The translations under genes were made by a program, and so were the position numbers. A stretch of 64,000 bases of DNA from Bdellovibrio sp. (GTDB taxonomy: Bacteria > Bdellovibrionota > Bdellovibrionia > Bdellovibrionales > Bdellovibrionaceae): NCBI GenBank assembly GCA_020720425.1, contig DYOP01000001.1, positions 33,306 through 97,305 of the forward strand, in the 5' to 3' direction. The notes beneath the pieces are model-generated. The model had not been told where the DNA came from. It saw only the letters and a program-made list of their open reading frames with translations, and made no database searches. This document shows, one piece after another, positions 13,501 to 24,124 of this stretch; within the stretch, counting starts at the first letter, position 1; each line of letters begins with the position of its first letter.

Positions 13501-13514
13501 TAAGGAAATTAAAA

Positions 13515-16124
13515 ATGAGCGAAAAAAAATTTGAAAATCAAAATATTACATTAGTTGATATTAATAAAGAAATGCGAGAAGCCTATTTACAATACTCCAT
13601 GTCAGTTATTGTTGGAAGAGCCTTGCCCGATGTTAGAGACGGCCTAAAGCCCGTGCATAGACGAATTTTATTTGCTCAATCTGAAATGAGCAATAACCAC
13701 GATAAACCCTATAAAAAGTCAGCTCGTGTTGTAGGTGATGTCATCGGTAAATATCATCCCCATGGTGATAGTGCTGTTTATGATACTATGGTGAGAATGG
13801 CTCAAGAGTTCTCTTTAAGATATCCACTCGAAGATGGTCAGGGTAACTTTGGCTCTATAGATGGCGATAGCCCTGCGGCCATGAGGTATACAGAAGTTAG
13901 AATGACTCGGCTTGCTGAATCACTACTAGAAGATATCGAAAAAGAAACTGTCCCTTTTGGGCCAAACTATGACGATTCTTTGCAAATTCCCTTAGTGTTA
14001 CCAGCAAAGTTTCCTAATCTTTTAGTTAATGGCTCTTCAGGTATTGCTGTAGGTATGGCCACCAATATCCCTCCGCACAACCTTGGCGAAACAATAGATG
14101 CAACTATAATGCTTATTCAAAATCCGGATGTTACTATAGATGATCTAATTAATAAAATGCCTGGTCCTGATTTTCCGACGGCAGGAACGATTTTAGGAGT
14201 GAGGGGAATTCATCAAGCCTATAAAACCGGAAGAGGTATTATAACAATTAAGGCTCGCACCGAAATTGAAACACATAAAGACGGTAGAGAAGATATTATT
14301 ATAACTGAAATCCCTTATCAGGTTAATAAAGCCCGCCTTATTGAAAGTATTGCCGATCTAGTTAAAGAAAAACAAATCGAAGGAATTAGTGATATTCGAG
14401 ATGAGTCTTCTCGCGAGGGAATGAGAATTTTTATACAACTCAAACGTAACGAAAATTCGAGTGTTATTTTAAATCGACTATTTAAGTTTACGCAATTACA
14501 AGTTAGCTTTGGAATTATACTTTTAGCACTTGATAAAGAAAATCAGCCGGTCACGTTTACACTTAAAGGAATTTTACAATCATTTATTGATTACAGAAAA
14601 GATGTTGTTACTAAACGATGTTTGTTTGATTTAAAAAAAGCACAAGAAAGAGAACATCTTTTGTTGGGCTTAAAAAAAGCTTTAGATCATATAGATGAAA
14701 TTGTCGCTTTAATAAGAGCTTCTTTAGACGCTAAATCGGCTGAAATTAAACTACTTGAAAGATTTGATTTTTCAGAAAAGCAGGCAAAAGCCATTTTAGA
14801 AATGAGGCTTCAAAGATTAACAGGACTTGAAAGAGGAAAAATTCAGGCCGAGCTAGATGAGCTAAAAGCCTTTATTGAGCATATGCAGTTTGTTTTAAGT
14901 GATGTTCAAGAAATTTATAAAATTATTGTTCAAGAGTTAGAAGAAATTAAGAAAAAATACTCTGATCCCAGAAGAACAAAAATAGAAGGGGATCAATCAG
15001 AAATTGAAGATGAAGATCTTATTTCAGATGAACCTATGATGGTAACTATTACTCATACAGGCTACATTAAAAGAATCCCCATGGATGAATACAGACTACA
15101 AAAACGTGGTGGTCGTGGTTTAAAAGGAATGGAGACCCGAGATGAGGATTACGTAACAGATGTTTTTGCTGTTACAAATAAAACAAACTTACTTGTTTTT
15201 ACAGATATGGGGAAAGCCTATTTATGCAAGGTTTATAAATTACCACTTGGTAACAGAACCGCCAAGGGGCGATCGATTGCTAATGTGATTAATTTTCAAG
15301 GGGTAGAAAAAGTTATGGCCGTTCTTCCGGTAACACAATTTTTAGATAATAAATATATTGTTATGGTTACTAAAGACGGAGTTATTAAAAAAACAGAACT
15401 TTCGGCCTTTAAAAATATTAAAAACTCAGGACTGATAGCTTTAACAACGGATACGGATGATCAGGTTGTAGATGTTAAAATTTCTGACGGTCAAAGTGAT
15501 ATATTTATTGTAACTAAACAAGGGATGTCGATTCGTTTTAGTGAAGACGAAGTGCGCGGAATGGGAAGAACCGCTAGAGGTGTTCGGGCTATTTCTCTAT
15601 CCTCTGGTGATAAAGTTGTGGGTGTAGATATCATTGTAAAAGATAAGCCCTCAACTGTTTTATTGGTTACTGAAGGTGGATACGGAAAACGAGCTGACAC
15701 GGCTGAGTATCGCACTCAGGGCCGCGCAGGGAGTGGAGTGATTACTCAAAAAACAACGGATAAAATTGGTTTTGTTGTGGGAGCCAAAGTTGTTGATGAT
15801 CAAATGGATATTATATTAACTACAAATACGGGCCAAAACATAAGAATGTCAGCTAAAGGGATTTCTGTTATCGGCAGAAATACCCAAGGGGTCAGGCTTA
15901 TACAATGTTCAGCCCAAGAGTATGTGACTAGCTTTACAGCTTTAATATCTGATAGCGTTGTTGAAAGTGTTTTAGAAAGTTTAACTGTGGATTCAAGTTC
16001 AGTAGATTTAAACCCAGAAGGTTCAAATCCAAGCGCCCAAGATTTAAGTTTAAATGATGATCAAAACGTGAACCTAACATCATCTGAATTAGAAAATACG
16101 CAAAACACAGAAGAAGTTGAATAA
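13515..16124 (+). CDS. gyrA: DNA gyrase subunit A
   Basis: 869 aa. HPHGD, active-site AMRYTEVR, GyrA-box-like [10 protein letters not shown], acidic low-complexity C-terminal tail. Confidence 0.97.
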   Translation: MSEKKFENQNITLVDINKEMREAYLQYSMSVIVGRALPDVRDGLKPVHRRILFAQSEMSNNHDKPYKKSARVVGDVIGKYHPHGDSAVYDTMVRMAQEFSLRYPLEDGQGNFGSIDGDSPAAMRYTEVRMTRLAESLLEDIEKETVPFGPNYDDSLQIPLVLPAKFPNLLVNGSSGIAVGMATNIPPHNLGETIDATIMLIQNPDVTIDDLINKMPGPDFPTAGTILGVRGIHQAYKTGRGIITIKARTEIETHKDGREDIIITEIPYQVNKARLIESIADLVKEKQIEGISDIRDESSREGMRIFIQLKRNENSSVILNRLFKFTQLQVSFGIILLALDKENQPVTFTLKGILQSFIDYRKDVVTKRCLFDLKKAQEREHLLLGLKKALDHIDEIVALIRASLDAKSAEIKLLERFDFSEKQAKAILEMRLQRLTGLERGKIQAELDELKAFIEHMQFVLSDVQEIYKIIVQELEEIKKKYSDPRRTKIEGDQSEIEDEDLISDEPMMVTITHTGYIKRIPMDEYRLQKRGGRGLKGMETRDEDYVTDVFAVTNKTNLLVFTDMGKAYLCKVYKLPLGNRTAKGRSIANVINFQGVEKVMAVLPVTQFLDNKYIVMVTKDGVIKKTELSAFKNIKNSGLIALTTDTDDQVVDVKISDGQSDIFIVTKQGMSIRFSEDEVRGMGRTARGVRAISLSSGDKVVGVDIIVKDKPSTVLLVTEGGYGKRADTAEYRTQGRAGSGVITQKTTDKIGFVVGAKVVDDQMDIILTTNTGQNIRMSAKGISVIGRNTQGVRLIQCSAQEYVTSFTALISDSVVESVLESLTVDSSSVDLNPEGSNPSAQDLSLNDDQNVNLTSSELENTQNTEEVE

Positions 16125-16962
16125 ATTATTTTTATACATAGCCATTTTTATTTTTTTTAATGGGGGGAGCTGTAGCTCACCCACAGAAAGAATTATTAAT
16201 AAAGCGATTCAGCTTGAACAAAATACCAATTATCTTGAAGCAAAAAAACTGTATGAAAGAGCCCTTGAGCATTGCAAAAAAGAAGACACGGTTTTACCAG
16301 AATGCCTAATCGCTGTGGATAAAATTGTTGATTTGTCGCTTAATCAATTTCGAGAGCCTCAAAAAGCTCTTTATTGGCTAAATTATAAAATGATTTGGTC
16401 TAATGAAATTTCAAATGTAATTGGAGCTCAAAAATTAAGAATGCGAATATTTTTAGATTATCTGAGTCAGTATAATCAGGCCGTCGTAGAAGCCGAAAAA
16501 ATTTTAAATATCGACTCTTTAAGTTTAAATGACCGCTGTGAAATTGTATTAGAACTATCAACAGCCCATTTTCAATTAAGACAATTTAATTTGGCCGAAA
16601 AGGAACTCGCCTCATGCCTTGGAAATATTCCTATAGAAGAGCCCCTTAAAGAAAAACTGATAAGAATTGAAATTGATTTGCTTCTTGCTCAAAAAAAGAA
16701 TTCTGAAGCTATTGACAGAATTAAATATGCAATAGGTTATCTAAAAAATGATCAAGACATTAGGGGCTACCAATCTATGCTAAGTCTTTTGTACGAACAA
16801 ACCAATAACCCCGAAGAATCAAGTAAGTTACTTAAGGCCCTTATTGATAAATCAAGTGGGGAAGAAAAAAACTATTATCAAACAAGGCTTGAACGATTAA
16901 AATTACACACCGAAAATCTTCCGGGAGCTAAATTTAAAAAAAGACTTAATAGACATCTTTAA
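16117..16962 (+). CDS. hypothetical TPR-like lipoprotein
   Basis: 281 aa. TTG start overlaps the gyrA stop by 8 nt. Signal peptide with a Cys (FFNGGSC). Helical repeat-like composition. No family recognised. Confidence 0.5.
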   Translation: MNKLFLYIAIFIFFNGGSCSSPTERIINKAIQLEQNTNYLEAKKLYERALEHCKKEDTVLPECLIAVDKIVDLSLNQFREPQKALYWLNYKMIWSNEISNVIGAQKLRMRIFLDYLSQYNQAVVEAEKILNIDSLSLNDRCEIVLELSTAHFQLRQFNLAEKELASCLGNIPIEEPLKEKLIRIEIDLLLAQKKNSEAIDRIKYAIGYLKNDQDIRGYQSMLSLLYEQTNNPEESSKLLKALIDKSSGEEKNYYQTRLERLKLHTENLPGAKFKKRLNRHL

Positions 16963-17023
16963 AATTAAGTTACTCTCAAAGCGGTGTTATTGGCCATAAC
17001 TCTTTGGCGTAAGGAATTTTTTA

Positions 17024-17229
17024 TGAATCAATCCAAAAAAGACCCCTATTTGATTTTTATTGGTATGGGGTTTGAGCTGGTCGCTTTAATTTTATCTTCA
17101 CTTTGGTTGGGAGAAAAATTAGATAACTACTATAAAGCGCATGGCGTTATCGCAATGGGGCTTATGATTTTGTCCTTAGTTGGTTGGTTTGTTAGGTTGA
17201 TATATATGGTTAAAAAGGTATTTAAATAG
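17024..17229 (+). CDS. AtpZ/ATPase_gene1-type small membrane protein
   Basis: The ORF 16984-17229 is trimmed to the ATG at 17024, which follows AAGGAA. Two TM helices (IGMGFELVALILSSLWLGEKLD). Lies directly upstream of atpI-atpB. Confidence 0.6.
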
Positions 17230-17257
17230 ACTTATTTCATAATTAGGATTTTATAAA

Positions 17258-17614
17258 GTGATGAAAAAACTATTAATTATTCAACTTGTCTGGGTTCTAG
17301 CGGCTGGTAGCTATGCCTTAATAGCCCAGTCTCATTTGGGAGTGAGCTTTTTTGTTGGCGCTTTACTTATGCTCGGTAATGGTATTTTTTTTGAAATGAT
17401 GATATCTTTATTTAAACCCAAATCAGAACAAAAAGTGATTGCTCTAAAAACACCACTTGTTGTATTAAAATATCCTATATGGGGGCTTGCCATTTATTGG
17501 ATTATTCAACAAAATTGGCTTGTACCGATAGCTTTTGTTTTTGGTTTACTAACTTGGATGATAAGTTTAACTTTATATGCATTATTATCTCAAAAAGAAA
17601 AAGGAGATTCCTAA
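17258..17614 (+). CDS. atpI: ATP synthase protein I (AtpI-like)
   Basis: 118 aa with about 4 TM segments, abutting the atpB start. Called from position and topology only. Confidence 0.6.
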   Translation: MMKKLLIIQLVWVLAAGSYALIAQSHLGVSFFVGALLMLGNGIFFEMMISLFKPKSEQKVIALKTPLVVLKYPIWGLAIYWIIQQNWLVPIAFVFGLLTWMISLTLYALLSQKEKGDS

Positions 17615-18301
17615 ATGTCAGCCTCATTAACGAGTTTAATTCCTGGGGTAGGCGCACACTATAGTCATGTGGCTACTTTTGCTATTGCCGCAGCCGGAAC
17701 TTTAGCTCTGGGCTTAGTAGCGAGGTCTCAATTGGGCTCTGGTCCCAGCTCTGTCGTACCCGCTTCTAAATTTTCTTTACGTGCTATTTTTGAAATGCTG
17801 ATTGAGTTTATTCAGAACTTAAGTGATATGGTGATAGGTACCCATGGCCGATCTTATGTTCCTCTTTTTTCGACGATATTCTTTTTTATATTAATTAATA
17901 ATCTTATTGGCGTTATCCCTGGGATGACTCCTGCAACAGAAAATTTTAATACAACGCTCAGCTTAGGTCTTATAATTTTTGTATATTATAATATTATGGG
18001 ACTTAAAGAAAATGGGCTCAGTTACCTAAAACATTTTATAGGGCCCATATTATGGCTGGCACCACTGATGGTTATTATTGAGCTTATTTCTCATATGGTT
18101 AGGCCTTTGTCCTTGGGTTTACGTTTAGCAAATGTAATGAAAGGTGATCATACAGTACTCGGAATTTTTTTGGATCTAGTTCCGATTGTATTACCTCTTC
18201 CTTTTTATGTATTAGGTATTTTTGTTTGCTTTGTTCAGGCTTTTGTTTTTACTTTGTTATCTATGGTCTATGTTTCAATGGCCACTTCACATGATCACTA
18301 A
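17615..18301 (+). CDS. atpB: F-type ATP synthase Fo subunit a
   Basis: 228 aa, polytopic. Conserved Arg helix RPLSLGLRLANVMKGDH. Followed by the subunit c gene. Confidence 0.9.
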   Translation: MSASLTSLIPGVGAHYSHVATFAIAAAGTLALGLVARSQLGSGPSSVVPASKFSLRAIFEMLIEFIQNLSDMVIGTHGRSYVPLFSTIFFFILINNLIGVIPGMTPATENFNTTLSLGLIIFVYYNIMGLKENGLSYLKHFIGPILWLAPLMVIIELISHMVRPLSLGLRLANVMKGDHTVLGIFLDLVPIVLPLPFYVLGIFVCFVQAFVFTLLSMVYVSMATSHDH

Positions 18302-18340
18302 CCACTTGAGAGAACAAGTGGACAACAAAAAGGAGTTACT

Positions 18341-18652
18341 ATGAAAAAACTTTTAACATTAGCTACTGTTACTTTAGCCTCACAAAGTGTTTTGGCTCAA
18401 GAAGCAGCTCAAACTGTCGGCGGATACGATAAGGGTATGATCGCAATTGCTGCTGGTTTAGCCATCGGTATTGCAGCCCTTGGTGGTACTTTAGCTCAAG
18501 CTAAAACAGCAGCCGCAGCTCTTGAGGGAATTGCTCGCAACCCAGCCGCTCAAGGTAAAATTTTTACCCCTATGATTATCGGTCTTGCATTGATCGAGTC
18601 ACTTGTTATTTACGCGTTCGTTATTGCGTTTTTCTTACAAGGAAAAATTTAA
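18341..18652 (+). CDS. atpE: F-type ATP synthase Fo subunit c, with N-terminal signal-like extension
   Basis: 103 aa. Hairpin with GIARNPAA loop and carboxylate helix [13 protein letters not shown]. Preceded by [22 protein letters not shown]. Confidence 0.9.
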   Translation: MKKLLTLATVTLASQSVLAQEAAQTVGGYDKGMIAIAAGLAIGIAALGGTLAQAKTAAAALEGIARNPAAQGKIFTPMIIGLALIESLVIYAFVIAFFLQGKI

Positions 18653-18688
18653 TTTAAGACCCCATAAATTTATTTAGAAATAAATTTT

Positions 18689-18739
18689 AAAACCCCTATC
18701 TCTTTTAGCTTTTTGGGCAAAATAGATAGGGGTTTTTTG
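18689..18739 (+). terminator. rho-independent terminator after atpE
   Basis: Stem AACCCCTATCT (18691-18701) pairs with AGATAGGGGTT (18724-18734), followed by TTTTT. A-rich upstream flank, so it could also act on the convergent PMM/PGM gene. Confidence 0.7.
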
Positions 18740-18809
18740 TTAGTGCTTTATGAGTATAGTTTAGTAGATCTCTTTAAAAAAAGATTTTAAGAAATCGACT
18801 CTGCAGAAG

Positions 18810-20180
18810 TTATAGCAAGGGATCAACGACTGATCTAATTTGAGTTTCAATGGCCTTAAGCCCCTCGGGAGTGCTTGATTCAAACCTTAAAACTAAAACC
18901 GGTTGAGTGTTAGAAGCTCTGGCTAGGGCCCAACCATCGGGAAAGCTAATACGAATTCCGTCGAGCAAATTGACTTGGGTGTCACTACTTGGTTTGCTAT
19001 AAACAGATATAAGTTTATTCACAATAGAAAGCTTTTTTTCTTCGGTGGTATCAATACGTATTTCAGGAGTGTTGTAGGCCACAGGCACATCGGCTAAGAT
19101 TTGGGTAATTGACTTTCCTGTTTGAGATAAAATTTCGCATACCCTAAGGCCTGCATAAAGAGCATCATCATAGCCATAATTTCTATCGGCAAAAAAGATA
19201 TGACCGCTCATTTCGCCTCCGAAAGGAGATTTTTCGGATTTAATTTTTTCTTTAATTAATGAGTGGCCCGTTTTCCACATAATGGGGACCCCTCCTCTTT
19301 TTTCGATATCATGATAAAGGCGGTCAGAGCATTTAACATCGCCAATAATTTTAGCACCCTTGTTTTTTTCTAAAATGGCTCTTGAAAATAAAATCATAAG
19401 CTCATCACCCATTAATAGCTTACCCGTTTCATCAATAACGCCAATACGATCGGCATCTCCGTCAAAACCAATTCCCAAAAGAGCTTTGTGTTTAAGTACG
19501 GCTTCTTTAAGGTAAATCATATTTTTTTCAACTGTTGGATCGGGATGATGATTGGGAAAGGTGCCATCAGGTTTTTCAAATAAAATAATGGGTTCTAATC
19601 CTGCCGTATGAAAAAGATCTTTAACAATGACGCCAGCGGCTCCGTTACCGCAATCTAAAACAACAGGAATTTGTTTAAGCGGAAAAAACTCAGTTTTATA
19701 GCGTTCAAGATAAGAAGGAAAAATATTAAAATCAGACTCTGAACCCGATTGCAAAGGAAGGTAACTTTGTTCATCAATAATAGTTTTAAGTAACTGGATA
19801 TCTGCACCAAAAATAGTGGATTGGCCCGCAGAAAGCTTAAAACCATTATACTCAGGGGGATTGTGGCTACCTGTAATCATAATTCCACCGGTACATTCGG
19901 GAATTGTAAAAGTAGCAAAGTAGCTAATGGGAGATGTGATCATTCCTAAATTAATGACTTCAGCCCCCGCCATTTGAAATCCTCGGCTGACGGCTTTTTG
20001 GATATCAGGAGAAGAAAGCCTAGCATCATAGCCTAAGGCCAATTTTAGCTTTTTATAGCCACGATTTTTTACTAAAAATGTAGCAAATGCTCGGGCCAGT
20101 TGTTCTGCAAAAACTAAATCAAACTCTTTTAAATAAACGCCGCGAACATCGTACTCTCTAAAAATAACAGGACTAAACAT
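18810..20180 (-). CDS. phosphomannomutase/phosphoglucomutase (alpha-D-phosphohexomutase)
   Basis: Active-site loop TGSHNPPEYNGFK, Mg loop GFDGDADR, GGEMSGH. Start moved to ATG at 20180 (MFSPVIFREYDVRG), which follows AAGGAGA. Confidence 0.9.
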   Translation of the reverse strand: MFSPVIFREYDVRGVYLKEFDLVFAEQLARAFATFLVKNRGYKKLKLALGYDARLSSPDIQKAVSRGFQMAGAEVINLGMITSPISYFATFTIPECTGGIMITGSHNPPEYNGFKLSAGQSTIFGADIQLLKTIIDEQSYLPLQSGSESDFNIFPSYLERYKTEFFPLKQIPVVLDCGNGAAGVIVKDLFHTAGLEPIILFEKPDGTFPNHHPDPTVEKNMIYLKEAVLKHKALLGIGFDGDADRIGVIDETGKLLMGDELMILFSRAILEKNKGAKIIGDVKCSDRLYHDIEKRGGVPIMWKTGHSLIKEKIKSEKSPFGGEMSGHIFFADRNYGYDDALYAGLRVCEILSQTGKSITQILADVPVAYNTPEIRIDTTEEKKLSIVNKLISVYSKPSSDTQVNLLDGIRISFPDGWALARASNTQPVLVLRFESSTPEGLKAIETQIRSVVDPLL

Positions 20181-20263
20181 GAGCTTCTCCTTTGTAAATA
20201 CTTGAGAAGTTTTATAAATCATTAGCTATGGAGTCAACCTGATTGACCTAATATAAAGCCAAT

Positions 20264-21205
20264 TTAGTTTAAAAGCTGGGTTGCAAGCTCGAGAGCTTGT
20301 TTCATAGAAGTGGGGTCAGCTTTATCCTGACCAAAAATATCTTTAGCTGTTCCATGATCAACAGAGGTTCGAATAAAGGGTAAGCCAAGGCTCATATGAA
20401 CTCCCGAGTAAGAATGAACCAATTTAAAGGGAATTAAACCCTGGTCATGATAAGCCGCTAAATAGATAGGGTGTTTAGCCCAATTCTGCTTTTGAAAGGC
20501 GACATCAGGAACTAAAGGGCCAAGGACATTAAGCCCGAGTTCAGAGTTGGCCCATAAGATAAAATCCATAGAAAACTCCTGATCCCATAAAGAAATTACC
20601 CCCTGATCTCCCGCATGGGGGTTAAGGCCTACTAATCCGAAAACATCAAAGTTTGTGAAGTTTTTTTTAAGAAATGCAGATAAGGATTTTAAGGCTTCTT
20701 GAGCCATAGGAAGAGTTAATTGGGATTGCACCTCAGATATAGGAATATGCCCCGTCAGCAAAAGAACATGAAAATATTCACCAATAAAATACATCCAAAC
20801 ATGTTTGGTCAAAGTAACACGTTTTAAAATATCCGTGTGCCCAATATCACTTAACCCCTCAAGGGCAATTTGCGTTTTAGAAAGAGGACCTGTTACCAAG
20901 GCCTGCGCCATTTTATGATGGCACCATAAGGCAGCTGTTTGAACCCAATGGGCGGGCCCCTCATTAGAAATTAAAAAATAGATTCCGCCTTTTTTGACCT
21001 GATCTATTTGAAAAATATAATCAATATTAAATTTTGATGCTATAAGACTGCATTCATCATTTGTTTGCTGCTCAGGTGATATAAATACAATATAGGCATT
21101 ATTAAGACTTATTTGAGCCTGCAATAACCCTTTAACTGTGACTTCAAGTCCAATCCCATCGGTATCACCTGTTGTGATTAAAATCTTAGAAAAGCTATTT
21201 AACAT
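20264..21205 (-). CDS. pdxA: 4-hydroxythreonine-4-phosphate dehydrogenase
   Basis: 313 aa. GLNPHAGDQG and RTSVDHGTAKDI motifs. Lies downstream of a surA-like gene, as in the classical surA-pdxA arrangement. Confidence 0.9.
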   Translation of the reverse strand: MLNSFSKILITTGDTDGIGLEVTVKGLLQAQISLNNAYIVFISPEQQTNDECSLIASKFNIDYIFQIDQVKKGGIYFLISNEGPAHWVQTAALWCHHKMAQALVTGPLSKTQIALEGLSDIGHTDILKRVTLTKHVWMYFIGEYFHVLLLTGHIPISEVQSQLTLPMAQEALKSLSAFLKKNFTNFDVFGLVGLNPHAGDQGVISLWDQEFSMDFILWANSELGLNVLGPLVPDVAFQKQNWAKHPIYLAAYHDQGLIPFKLVHSYSGVHMSLGLPFIRTSVDHGTAKDIFGQDKADPTSMKQALELATQLLN

Positions 21206-22175
21206 GAGTGATTGAAAATTCTTTTAATTTTAAATCATACCAGTGCTCGAGGGATTGCTTAAATTGTTTAGCAAAGAGTTCATTTCTGAGCTCATCTTTT
21301 TTCTTTACAAAATCGGGATCAGGAATGTCTTGCTTTTTAATAGTTTTAAACAAGTGAAGACCGGCTTTAGTTTCAAAAATATCATTTAAAAAGCCTAATT
21401 TTTTTTGCCCATTGATGGCGGTAACAACTTTTGGCTGTAAGTCAGAGTTTTTAAAACTTCCTAAAAAACCACCTTCAGAAATTTGAGTTTCTTCGGAGTA
21501 TTGAGTGACTAAATTTTCAAAAGATTGACCTTTGTTTAAAAGAGCAAGCACGGTTTGAGCTCTTTGCCTAGCGGCGGCCCTTCCGCCTTTATTGGGGGTA
21601 AAAAGTATATGGGCCAAATCCACTTCAAAACCTTGATTGGGAGCTTTTTTATACTTAGTAAAATAAGCGGCCATCAGGTCTTCATCAGCGATTCGAATTT
21701 TCGATGAAATTTCTTGTTCGACAAAAATCTGATGTTCAATTCTTTTTTTTGTGTACTCTTGAAACTCCGAAAACATCAGCCCTTGAGCTTCGATAGCCTG
21801 AGGTAACTGTTCTCGGGAGAGGCCATTTTTTTTTGCTAACTCTTTAAGTTCACTTTCGAGGCGATCATGGGTAACTTCTAATTTTAAACGTTTAATTTCG
21901 CTTTCAAGCATTTTAATTCTAATTAAATATTTTAATTGATTTTCAGGATTCGCTTTTAGATCAGCTAGCGTCATGGTGCCTAATGCAAAATCATCAACAG
22001 GGCCGTCTTTGATAAGTCGTTGGCGAAACTGATTGATATCTGAGGCTAAAATTGGCTCGTTATTAATAAGCACAGAAACCCCATCAATAGAGGTTTTTGC
22101 CGAAACAAGAGTGAGTGGAAATAAAAATAGTAAATAAAACAGTGTAAAAAATTGAAATAAAGTTTTAATTTTCAC
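21195..22175 (-). CDS. surA: SurA-like periplasmic chaperone / parvulin PPIase
   Basis: 326 aa. Signal peptide, SurA-N-like region (VSVLINNEPILASDI), one parvulin domain (VDLAHILF...GGFLGSF...TKAGLHLFK). Overlaps the pdxA start. Confidence 0.75.
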   Translation of the reverse strand: MKIKTLFQFFTLFYLLFLFPLTLVSAKTSIDGVSVLINNEPILASDINQFRQRLIKDGPVDDFALGTMTLADLKANPENQLKYLIRIKMLESEIKRLKLEVTHDRLESELKELAKKNGLSREQLPQAIEAQGLMFSEFQEYTKKRIEHQIFVEQEISSKIRIADEDLMAAYFTKYKKAPNQGFEVDLAHILFTPNKGGRAAARQRAQTVLALLNKGQSFENLVTQYSEETQISEGGFLGSFKNSDLQPKVVTAINGQKKLGFLNDIFETKAGLHLFKTIKKQDIPDPDFVKKKDELRNELFAKQFKQSLEHWYDLKLKEFSITHVK

Positions 22176-23145
22176 GAGTCACCTCAGTTGTGATTTTCAC
22201 AGATTTTAGTAAACGATCATCCTTTTTAATTTTTGATACCCTCAGAGTTTCGTTAAGCCACTTTAAAAAAAGCCCTTGCTCTTGCTCTTCGATCAAAAGT
22301 CTAAAGATTTTGTCTTTGACCTGTTCAAAGGTCAACTGACGTTTCTTAATTTTTTCATTAGTCATAAGAATATGAAATCCAAAGGGAGATTCAATTACAG
22401 AGCTAAATTGATTGGGTTTAAGGTTAAAGGCAGGGTCAAAATAAGTAACTTGCCCCCTTTCAATCCATCCCACGTGACCATTATGGACCGATTCGGGCCC
22501 AATAGAAAATTGGTTTGCTAGCTGAGTAAACTCAGATTTTTTTTTCTTTAGATGGTCTAAAAGTTCTTCGGCCTGCTCTTTTTTTTTGGTCACAATTTGA
22601 TAAAGATCAATTTTTTCGGGCGTAAGATATTCTGATTTTTTTTGGTTATAAAAATCTAAACAGTCAGCCTCCGTAGGGGGGATAATTTGGGACTGAAGTT
22701 TTTGGAAAAAAGCTTTAAATTTTAACTCCTCAGTTAGCCGTTTTTGTAATGTTTCTTTAGATATAGACTGACTCGCAAGAGCTTCTTTAAAGGCTAAGGG
22801 CGATTGGTATTGTTCTTGGAGTTGCTTAAGCGCCGAAGAAATTTCGTTTTCAGAAATAGTAATTTGATTTTTAATTAAATCCTCAAAAATTAAAATTTTA
22901 ATAATTTCTTCGGATAAAATTTTATTTTCATAAATAGATTTAATTTTTGGATTTTTTACAGTCATTAAATCTAATTTTGAAAGAGAAATAGATAAAAGCT
23001 CAGAGTACTCTAACAAGGTTAGCGTGGTGTTGTTTACTTGGAGCACGGGTTTATTTATATGCTCATTGGCGGGGATACAGCATAGCAATGAGCTAGAAAT
23101 AAATAAACAACAGCAAATCTTTAAAAAAACTATTTTTGTTCTCAC
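22165..23145 (-). CDS. PpiC/parvulin-type peptidyl-prolyl isomerase, lipoprotein-like
   Basis: 326 aa. Cys-rich signal peptide (SSSLLCCIP). Parvulin domain (IDLYQIV...NGHVGWIERG...SPFGFHILM). Confidence 0.75.
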   Translation of the reverse strand: MRTKIVFLKICCCLFISSSLLCCIPANEHINKPVLQVNNTTLTLLEYSELLSISLSKLDLMTVKNPKIKSIYENKILSEEIIKILIFEDLIKNQITISENEISSALKQLQEQYQSPLAFKEALASQSISKETLQKRLTEELKFKAFFQKLQSQIIPPTEADCLDFYNQKKSEYLTPEKIDLYQIVTKKKEQAEELLDHLKKKKSEFTQLANQFSIGPESVHNGHVGWIERGQVTYFDPAFNLKPNQFSSVIESPFGFHILMTNEKIKKRQLTFEQVKDKIFRLLIEEQEQGLFLKWLNETLRVSKIKKDDRLLKSVKITTEVTREN

Positions 23146-23170
23146 TAAAGATTATGCTGTCTGTAAATAC

Positions 23171-23998
23171 CTATTTAAGCAAGTTTTTGTTAATTTCAAC
23201 AGGGTAATTTTTTTTAAGATTTGCGAAAAAATCATCGAGTAAAGCCTTTCGTTTTTGATCAAAAACGAGAGTGCGAATAACCTTTCGATTTGCTTTTTCA
23301 AAAGAGCGGGTATCCATTTTTTTAACAATATGATATCCAACTTGAGACAAAAATAAGCCTCTTATTTCGCCGTCTTTCATTTCGAGCAAGGCCTCGTAAA
23401 TATGAGGAAGCAAAGTCGCGCGATTTTGAAATCCAACATCCCCGCCCTGCTCTTTAGTGGTAAAATCATCCGAATAAAGGCGAACAAGCTCATTAAAGGG
23501 ACGCTTTGATTTTTTTACATCTTCAAAAATTTCTGTGGCCCTTTTTTTAGCTTCCATTTTTTGAGCCTCTGTGGCCGCTTGTTTGACTTCGATTAAAATA
23601 TGAGAACTTCTTATGTCAGGATTAGTTTTATAATATTTCATCATTTCTTCGGTTGAAATGGTTATGGCGTCAGCTTTTTTGCTGAGTGATTTTTCAAGTA
23701 ACCCTTTATACATGGCTTGTTGCATTTGGTCTCGAACAATGGGGTCATCCTGAAGTTTTAATCTGGAAGCTTCTTGTAGTCCAATTTGGTAACGCACATA
23801 CTCCTCTAAAAATTGATCTCGCGTTGGGGGATTGACGGCGGCTTTTACAAGTTCATTAAATTTGGCTTCAAACTCTTCTACGGTTATGTTTTTATTACCT
23901 ACTTTTGCTAGAATGTTTTTTTGAGCAAAGCTAGGTAATGCCAGGGTCGAAAAAATAAGAGTTGTAATAAATAATTTTTGAAACATGTCAGCCCTCAT
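23171..23998 (-). CDS. PpiC/parvulin-type peptidyl-prolyl isomerase (PrsA/SurA-like)
   Basis: 275 aa. Signal peptide. Parvulin domain (IRSSHILIEV...GGDVGFQ...SQVGYHIVK). Confidence 0.75.
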   Translation of the reverse strand: MRADMFQKLFITTLIFSTLALPSFAQKNILAKVGNKNITVEEFEAKFNELVKAAVNPPTRDQFLEEYVRYQIGLQEASRLKLQDDPIVRDQMQQAMYKGLLEKSLSKKADAITISTEEMMKYYKTNPDIRSSHILIEVKQAATEAQKMEAKKRATEIFEDVKKSKRPFNELVRLYSDDFTTKEQGGDVGFQNRATLLPHIYEALLEMKDGEIRGLFLSQVGYHIVKKMDTRSFEKANRKVIRTLVFDQKRKALLDDFFANLKKNYPVEINKNLLK

Positions 23999-24124
23999 TA
24001 GTGGTTAATTTACTAAGTCAAACATTTGACTTCATAAGTATTGTAAAGCCTTTGATAAAAGTGGGTCACGTCCATTATTGGTAACACTAGACTAGAGTCG
24101 TGGAACTTTATTGAGGGCGAAATT

